Below are positions 58,228 to 64,000 of a stretch of DNA of 64,000 bases, one piece after another; the stretch's first letter is position 1, and the number at the start of each line of letters is the position of its first letter. The position numbers and the translations under genes are program-made. Below the pieces are notes generated by a model that saw only the letters and a program-made list of their open reading frames with translations, searched no databases and was not told the origin of the DNA. The stretch is from a virus, in the IMG/VR virus record IMGVR_UViG_3300031823_000006, positions 6,151 through 70,150 of that record; one strand, given 5' to 3'.

Positions 58228-59051
58228 GACAGTCGGCGGTCGCGTCCTCGAACCTCGATCACCTGGCAGTAGCCGAGCAGCCGAGACGCCAACGCCTCCC
58301 CGAACGTCTCACCAGCCCACGCCGCGATCTCGTCAGGCGAACGGTTGCACGTCACGAGCAACGGCAGCGGACGCTCGATCCACCCGTTGATCGCCACATA
58401 GATCGGCTGCAACGCCGACTCCGTGGGCTTCAGCTTGTCCAGGTCGTCCAGCACGAGCGCGCCCATCGCCTTCTGCGCGTCGATCGAGCGCAGCGCACGC
58501 TTGTACTCCGGCGAGTCGAAGCCGCCCCGCAGATCGGTCAGCAGCGCAGCGACGCTCAGCCACTTGAGATGACGGCGCTGCAAGCGCTCCATCGCCGCGG
58601 CGGCAGCGATCACCGTCTTGCCGCGCCCGACCGGCCCGTGCAGCAGTAGACCCTTCGGCTTCTCGGCTTCCGCCCACGCACGGGCAGCGTCGATCGCCTC
58701 CGCACGCGGCTTGTCGCGCTCCAGCTTGGCGAACGTGACCGACTTCCACCGCTCGGGCACGCCCGACTTCTCGATGCGCCCGACGCGCGCCTCCTCGCGG
58801 CGCTCCTCCAGTTCGGCGTCCCAGCGCGCAGCATCTTCGCGGTCCAGGCAGTCCTCGCACAGCACGCGCGTTTTCTTCGCCATCCACCGGCGAGAGATGC
58901 GGACACCCACCGAGTCGGCAGCACCCGTGAAGTCGATCGACACGTCTTTCCCGCACTCGCCGCACGCCTTCGTGCCTTTGACGTTGACCTGGCGCCCCGA
59001 TCCCGCCGAGAACGGCGACACCTGACGCGGCTCTGCTGTCGAGGTAGGCAT
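58224..59051 (-). CDS. DnaC/IstB-like helicase loader ATPase
   Basis: LLLHGPVGRGKT, LVLDDL, LLVTCN, ALASRL. Confidence 0.9.
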   Translation of the reverse strand: MPTSTAEPRQVSPFSAGSGRQVNVKGTKACGECGKDVSIDFTGAADSVGVRISRRWMAKKTRVLCEDCLDREDAARWDAELEERREEARVGRIEKSGVPERWKSVTFAKLERDKPRAEAIDAARAWAEAEKPKGLLLHGPVGRGKTVIAAAAAMERLQRRHLKWLSVAALLTDLRGGFDSPEYKRALRSIDAQKAMGALVLDDLDKLKPTESALQPIYVAINGWIERPLPLLVTCNRSPDEIAAWAGETFGEALASRLLGYCQVIEVRGRDRRLS

Positions 59052-59096
59052 GGCCGAATCTTCCACGCGCTACCGGACGGCATGGGATAACGCCGT

Positions 59097-59855
59097 TCAC
59101 AACTCCTCGTCCCACGGGTGCGTCGCCTTCGTCCTCACCATCTTGCCCGCCGGCGCCTTCGTCGTCTTCGCCTGCGCCCGCCTGCCCTTCTCGATCAACT
59201 CGTCCACCTGCTCGCTGACGAGCACATTGCGCGGGAAGTCCTTGCCATGCTCGCGGCGCCACGAGTCCGAGTGCGCGCCGAGCGACGCCAGCTTCATATC
59301 GTCCAGCGAGCGCCCCTCGCCGGTGAGAGCTCCGTACTTGCGTGCAAGGTCAGCGCGCGCTTTCGTAGTGCCACCAGGAGGCGTCTGTCCTGTCAACTCG
59401 CAATGAGCCGCCAGCCACTCCTCGAAGCCCATTGGCTCGGGGAGAGCCCCTTTTGTTCCCTTAGAGTTAATCGTGGTTAAAGGGTTGGGCGAAGAATCTA
59501 CGCCCAACCTGCGGTCGTCAACTACGCCCCCAGCGGAAGAAGCTACGCCCCTCGTGTCGTCAGCTACGCCCCCCTCAGCGTCCGGGGGCGAAGGTTCGAC
59601 GCCCTTGATCGTGTAGACGATCACGCCCTGGCGCGTGCGCGCGGTCGCTTCGATGTGGCCCTCATCTTCGAGCTTGCGGAGCGCCGCCTGCACCGCGCGG
59701 CGGGTCATGCGCGTCTTGTGCGCCAGCGTCTCGATCGAGGGGAAGCACTTCGTCCCGTCGTCGTGGCCCACGTCCGCCAGCCCGATCAGCACAAGGCGGC
59801 TCCCCAGCGTCGCCTCCGAGTGTTCGAGCACCCACACGATCGCGCGCATACTCAT
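59097..59855 (-). CDS. Phage replication initiator (N-terminal wHTH)
   Basis: RLVLIGLAD...CFPSIETLAHKTRMTRRAVQAALRKLEDEGHI; upstream of the loader. Confidence 0.85.
   Translation of the reverse strand: MSMRAIVWVLEHSEATLGSRLVLIGLADVGHDDGTKCFPSIETLAHKTRMTRRAVQAALRKLEDEGHIEATARTRQGVIVYTIKGVEPSPPDAEGGVADDTRGVASSAGGVVDDRRLGVDSSPNPLTTINSKGTKGALPEPMGFEEWLAAHCELTGQTPPGGTTKARADLARKYGALTGEGRSLDDMKLASLGAHSDSWRREHGKDFPRNVLVSEQVDELIEKGRRAQAKTTKAPAGKMVRTKATHPWDEEL
59450..59604. repeat. Iterons + AT-rich segment (putative origin inside the initiator gene)
   Basis: CTACGCCC at 59498, 59522, 59543, 59564 (variant at 59597); AT-rich 59450-59481. Confidence 0.75.
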
Positions 59856-59998
59856 GGGCGCCGTCCGTTAGGCCGGATAGATTGCTGCATGGTCGTCACT
59901 CCTCTTAGCGGTGGCAGGGCGGCCGTACTTCTCCTCCCTCGAAGGCCGCCGGCGTTCCTCCCACGCCGGCGGCCTTCACTTCTTCGTCGTCGGTAATC

Positions 59999-60571
59999 CT
60001 ACGCCTGCGCGCTCTGCTCGTCGTGACCGAGTAGCTTGGCGATCTTCGCCGCTGGAGCTCCGACTGCCTCCAGCATCTCGACCACCTGCTCCTCGGTGAA
60101 CATCTGTCCTGCCGGCTGCACATACGTCGGGCGCAGCTTGTGACGGACCTTCGCCCGCACGAGCTTCCGCGAGCCGCCGCTGTCCTGCTCGCGCTCGGGC
60201 ACGATCTCGACCTTCGCGGGCTCCCACGTCACGAGCACCTGCCCGTTGTGCTCCATATCGAGCGCACCGCCCTGAAGCGGGACCTCCGCACTCATCAGCG
60301 ACGCCACGTACTCCACGGGCACGTTCGACCGCAGCAGCGTCTTGAGCGTGCGCTTCGGATCACCGTCGAGTGAGCCGAGCGGGAAAAGCTCCTCCTCGGG
60401 CTCGGGTTCCTCGCCGTCACGCGCACGCTGCGCGATCGACGCTGACCCATTGCTCCCGTTGGCTCTCGCCGCCCGGCGCTCCGCGAGCTCGTCCTGCGAG
60501 AGCTCGCTATCCGGTCGCTTGTCCTTCTCCTTCCCGCCGTCCGTCTCCTTCGCGTCACCATCACGGGTCAT
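59999..60571 (-). CDS. Hypothetical protein
   Basis: 190 aa; ACCCGAGC-AGGAGG leader. Confidence 0.6.
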   Translation of the reverse strand: MTRDGDAKETDGGKEKDKRPDSELSQDELAERRAARANGSNGSASIAQRARDGEEPEPEEELFPLGSLDGDPKRTLKTLLRSNVPVEYVASLMSAEVPLQGGALDMEHNGQVLVTWEPAKVEIVPEREQDSGGSRKLVRAKVRHKLRPTYVQPAGQMFTEEQVVEMLEAVGAPAAKIAKLLGHDEQSAQA

Positions 60572-61229
60572 CTGAACCTCCTGCTCGGGTTGTTGTTGTC
60601 GGGTCCTCCACCAGCCGCTCGAAGTCGGCTGCGAAGCTGTTGATGCGCTCGGTGAGCTCGCGGAGCTCGTCGCGCAGGCGTAGATACTGCGCCCCCGTCC
60701 CGTGGCCGTTCCCGTTGCCGTTGCTCGACGCCGGCGCCGGCGTCGCCTCCGCTACAGCAGGGGGGGGGGCGCGCTTGATCGTCGGGTCCTGCGTGACCGT
60801 GACCGGCGCGACGCCCCGGCACTCGTCGCACTTCACCTGGCGCGGTGCGGTCGGCTTGAACGTTTCGCCACAGTCCTTGCAGGGCTTCGGCTTGAAGTTG
60901 CCCGGCCTGCGCTTCGCCGGCGTGCTCTCGCTGATCTCGCCGCGCGAGCGCAGCAGCGGACGATCAACGCCCATCGTGACCCGTTCAGGCGGCGCGAGCG
61001 ATGACGACGACGGAAGCTCGGGCGGCTTGCGGAGCTCCTGCTGCACCATCGGCGCGAGTTTCTGCTTGATGCGCTCCAGCGCTGCCTCGGCCTCCGGCTT
61101 CTCGACTTTCAGCCAATCCATCACCGCCGAGATGCCATAGCGGCCGTGCATGGTCAAGATGTTGCGGTCGTTCGCGTTGAGGCGATCGACGGCGCGCGAG
61201 AGCGCAGCCCTAGCAGCCGTGGACGCCAT
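60561..61229 (-). CDS. Hypothetical protein with sigma-region-4-like N-terminus and Zn ribbon
   Basis: AVDRLNANDRNILTM...ALERIKQKL; CKDC...CDEC. Confidence 0.5.
   Translation of the reverse strand: MASTAARAALSRAVDRLNANDRNILTMHGRYGISAVMDWLKVEKPEAEAALERIKQKLAPMVQQELRKPPELPSSSSLAPPERVTMGVDRPLLRSRGEISESTPAKRRPGNFKPKPCKDCGETFKPTAPRQVKCDECRGVAPVTVTQDPTIKRAPPPAVAEATPAPASSNGNGNGHGTGAQYLRLRDELRELTERINSFAADFERLVEDPTTTTRAGGSDDP
60583..60590 (-). promoter_or_regulatory. ACCCGAGC leader 8-mer
   Basis: Abuts AGGAGG; lies inside the 3' end of the upstream ORF. Confidence 0.6.
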
Positions 61230-61693
61230 CAGGAATAGTTCCGTTCGAGGTACGCTTCCGCCCACGTCCCGCACTCGCTGGCGAAAGCGAAGACGGAGCT
61301 CGGCAAGCACGCCCGCGGGATGCGGTCTGCGCCCGACGTGTGGTTCGCGTGGACGTTGCGATGCACGAGCATCCCGTTCCGCGTGTCCCACACCTTCATA
61401 TGCAGCCCGTGGCGGCGCAGGAGCTCCTTCGGGATGATGTGGTGACGCTCAAAGCGCTTGTCGAACACGCTGCTCGCCGGCGCCCGCGTCACCGCACACT
61501 TCCCGCGAGCGATCCTGTAGACGAGCTCCCACCATTCTTTAGCCGTCAGCGGTCCCTCTGGCGGCCGTGAGCGCCGTTTGCGGGTCAAACCCTTGCGGGG
61601 ACGCCCCCGAGCCGCCACGGCGGCCTTCTCGCGGCTCCTGGCGATCCAGGAGCGCACCTTCTCGGGGTCGGCCTTGAGCTCACCGCGTCTCAT
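61229..61693 (-). CDS. HNH-like endonuclease
   Basis: CAV...ERHHIIPK...WDTRNGMLV...HANHT. Confidence 0.6.
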   Translation of the reverse strand: MRRGELKADPEKVRSWIARSREKAAVAARGRPRKGLTRKRRSRPPEGPLTAKEWWELVYRIARGKCAVTRAPASSVFDKRFERHHIIPKELLRRHGLHMKVWDTRNGMLVHRNVHANHTSGADRIPRACLPSSVFAFASECGTWAEAYLERNYS

Positions 61694-62961
61694 ACCAGCG
61701 CATCCTTCCTTCTCGCCCGGCGGCGCTCGCGGTTCGCCTCGCGTGCGCGCTCCGTGGACTCGCGCATCGCGTCTTCGAGCTTGCGCGACTCCTCCGGTGA
61801 TCCACCGCGATCGGACTCCTCCGGCGTGTAAAACTCGAAGCGCCGCGTCTTGCCGTGCTGGCGCCACCCGAGCACACGCCGACCCTTCGACCAGCGCACC
61901 GGCACAGGCCCGTGGTTATCCACCCACACCTTGACGCCCTCCATGCGGTGCTCGCGCACACGTTCAGAGACGGCGATCTCAGCCACGGCGTCCATCGCCT
62001 CGCGCTTCGAGGAGATCGCGCCGGCGCCGCGCGACTCCTTCTCGATCGGGCACAGTCCCGGCCGCAGACAGAAGCCACAGTGCTTACCCGGTGACGGATT
62101 CCATCGGCCGACCTTCCCGAGCTCGTAGGGCTCGCGCGGCAAGCCCGACGCCACGGCGAGATCGAACTGCTCAGCGAGCACGGCAAGCTCGCGTTCGACC
62201 TCTTCCAAGTCCTTGCGGTAGAGCGTGGCCTTGCGAACCTTCGTCTTGCGCACGTAAAACTCGCGCAGCGTCACCCGCTGGATCGCTGGATAGTTGACCA
62301 GGATCAACCACCCGTAGAAGCGCTGTTGGAAATAGCCCTGATAGGACAGGTGCGCCTCGTCGCCCTCCGGGCCGGGGTCCTCGCGCGGCATCGGCGGCAA
62401 GCCCCACGTGTCCTTCCAGTCGAGCACGATCGCGGCGTCCGGCCCGTTGGCGATCAGCGCATCCAACTGGCCGGTGAGCACGCGCACGGCCTTCTGGCCG
62501 TTCGGCAGGTCATAGGAGATTTCGCCCTGCAAGCGGCGCTCCACGTCGATGATGTTCCGCACCGTGAAGCTGTTGTCGGTGGCGAACTTGATCGCCGCCA
62601 TGCGCAAGTCCTTCAGTTCGCGCAGCGGGACACGCACGATCTCCTCCGGTGGCACGTCGCGCTGACGGCAGACCTCGTGCAGAATCTCAAGCGCCTCGCT
62701 CACAGGGATCGTCTCTTCGTCCTGGCGCTTCATCGTGCGCAGACACTCCGCGGCGAAGCGGTGGAAGATCGTGCCCCGCGCCTGCGGCGTGGTGCTCCAC
62801 CCGTTCGCGTAGCGCAGGTCGAACAACGTGCTCAGCGCACACTCATCGAATGAGCCAAGCAACGACTGGCGCAGCGTGGGGAAGCGCGTCATCACCTGAT
62901 CCACGTCGATCGGCTTCGCCGGCACTTCGCGGTGGCCCGGCGCGTGCGCGACTACCTCCAT
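61690..62961 (-). CDS. PD-(D/E)XK exonuclease (RecB/Cas4-like)
   Basis: RGTIFH, VE, GQLD, LDWK, QQRFY, HCGFC....CP. Confidence 0.85.
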   Translation of the reverse strand: MEVVAHAPGHREVPAKPIDVDQVMTRFPTLRQSLLGSFDECALSTLFDLRYANGWSTTPQARGTIFHRFAAECLRTMKRQDEETIPVSEALEILHEVCRQRDVPPEEIVRVPLRELKDLRMAAIKFATDNSFTVRNIIDVERRLQGEISYDLPNGQKAVRVLTGQLDALIANGPDAAIVLDWKDTWGLPPMPREDPGPEGDEAHLSYQGYFQQRFYGWLILVNYPAIQRVTLREFYVRKTKVRKATLYRKDLEEVERELAVLAEQFDLAVASGLPREPYELGKVGRWNPSPGKHCGFCLRPGLCPIEKESRGAGAISSKREAMDAVAEIAVSERVREHRMEGVKVWVDNHGPVPVRWSKGRRVLGWRQHGKTRRFEFYTPEESDRGGSPEESRKLEDAMRESTERAREANRERRRARRKDALV

Positions 62962-63374
62962 GTGCGCCCCTTCACGATGCTCGTGATGCTGCAAGGCGCC
63001 AGCCCATACTCCCGCGCCAAGTCCACCGGCCGCTCGTGCTGGCCGCGGCGTCTGATCTCCAGAGCGTCAGCACGAGTGATCTTCACCCGTTCGCCGCGGC
63101 GCACGTTCTCGCCGCGCGTCACAGCCTCCAAGTGCGAGCCACGCCGGCACGCACGCTGACGGCACAAGTGATCGACCGTCAGGCCCGCAGGGATTGGCCC
63201 ATGCGTTTCTTCGTAGCCGAGCCGGTGGCCGTAGGTCACTCGACCCGCGCGGCCACCGACACGCACCTGCTTGTAGCCCTCACGGTCGAGTTTCCCTTGA
63301 CTGATCCAGCACGGCGTCTTATAGCCGCGGTCCTCGACCACGACGCCGCGCGGTGGTGCTGACGGCTCGGGCAC
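62952..63374 (-). CDS. HNH homing endonuclease
   Basis: CW.....EGY, HRLGYE..HGPIP..LTVDHLCRQRAC...HLEAVT..EN. Confidence 0.85.
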   Translation of the reverse strand: MPEPSAPPRGVVVEDRGYKTPCWISQGKLDREGYKQVRVGGRAGRVTYGHRLGYEETHGPIPAGLTVDHLCRQRACRRGSHLEAVTRGENVRRGERVKITRADALEIRRRGQHERPVDLAREYGLAPCSITSIVKGRTWR

Positions 63375-64000
63375 TACTCGGCCTGATGCGCCGCTCCCTC
63401 GGCCTCCGGCTGCTCGGCGCTGGCCTGCGCCTCCAGCGTCTCCACTGCGCCAGAAAGCTCCCCCTCCCATCGGGCCAGCGCCTCGTCGTCCTGCTGGCCG
63501 AACTGCATCTGGATCGCAGACGGCAGCCACGTATTCGGTGAGAGCTCATTTACGCGCAACACGAGCGGGATCAACCGCTGCGCCCACTCCTCGCTCACGA
63601 CCTCACGCACAGCGCGTTCGATCACGTCGCGCGCCTGCGGGTCCTCCGCCGGCAGTCCCGCCGCACGCTCGCGGTTCAGGTCCATCTCGCCCTCGACCAG
63701 CATCCCCGAGAGCGGCGTGGCCTGACGCACCGACTGACGTTCAGCGGCCGAGAGGATCAACGCCGACTCCTGCGTGCCCCACGGCGTTTCCTGGAGCGTC
63801 TTCGCATCGGTCGGCTTGTACTCGCTCAGCGGCGCGAAGAAGAAGCCGCGTTGCTTGCCCGACTCGTCCTCCCAGCACTCAGCCCACGCACCCACGATCG
63901 GCCCGCGGGCACTCTCCGCAGGATCGGTGCCCTCCGGCGAGCTCAACTCCAGACCGTCGCCGGGAGTCTCGGTGTAGACGTGCTCGATCGTGCGCGAGCG
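63374..64000 (-). CDS. Partial CDS, possibly a recombinase/annealing protein
   Basis: IVGAWAEC...F...LSEY...PW; adjacent to the exonuclease; 5' end probably outside the window. Confidence 0.4.
   Translation of the reverse strand, partial: RSRTIEHVYTETPGDGLELSSPEGTDPAESARGPIVGAWAECWEDESGKQRGFFFAPLSEYKPTDAKTLQETPWGTQESALILSAAERQSVRQATPLSGMLVEGEMDLNRERAAGLPAEDPQARDVIERAVREVVSEEWAQRLIPLVLRVNELSPNTWLPSAIQMQFGQQDDEALARWEGELSGAVETLEAQASAEQPEAEGAAHQAE

Noticed and set aside
29051-60590. Repeated element as a CRISPR array or integron attC series
   Set aside because: Copies are kilobases apart and short, with no attC-length hairpin and no cas1/cas2 or integron integrase; positions fit promoters and leaders.
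61690-62961. Cas4-like nuclease as a CRISPR component
   Set aside because: The context is a phage recombination module; no array or other cas genes.
1-64000. Alternative genetic code / stop-codon reassignment
   Set aside because: Core genes are full length in the standard code, and the tRNA is a sense Leu(UAA anticodon), not a suppressor.

Overview
The whole window is one high-GC tailed-phage segment, with essentially every credible gene on the minus strand; the long plus-strand ORFs are antisense shadows. Read right to left it holds: (1) a recombination/replication block (HNH nucleases, PD-(D/E)XK exonuclease, HTH initiator with internal iterons, DnaC-like loader, RusA, HTH protein, J-domain protein, lipoprotein GH25 lysin, Ku); (2) about 30 kb of small accessory genes (ASCH, DpdA/TGT-like, SEC-C, KTSC, two GroES-like, metallophosphoesterase, Toprim) interleaved with a tRNA-Leu(UAA) and the terminase; (3) a head module (portal, gpF-like, 934-aa multidomain protein, protease/scaffold, decoration, Mu gpT-like capsid); (4) a contractile tail (sheath, tube, frameshifted chaperone, tape measure with two peptidoglycan hydrolase domains, baseplate). 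An actinobacterial host is inferred. No integrase is visible. The most unusual signal is non-coding. Thirteen accessory genes have a leader 8-mer (ACCCGAGC) just before the Shine-Dalgarno, and this 8-mer is the exact reverse complement of nt 1-8 of the phage tRNA-Leu(UAA). Ten of these leaders sit next to a GTAAC-N3-GTTAC palindrome that usually overlaps an extended -10. A separate class of five GSGGTT-N18-TAHCCT promoters with 0-2 nt leaders precedes late operons. All protein calls come from motif recognition by eye, not database searches.
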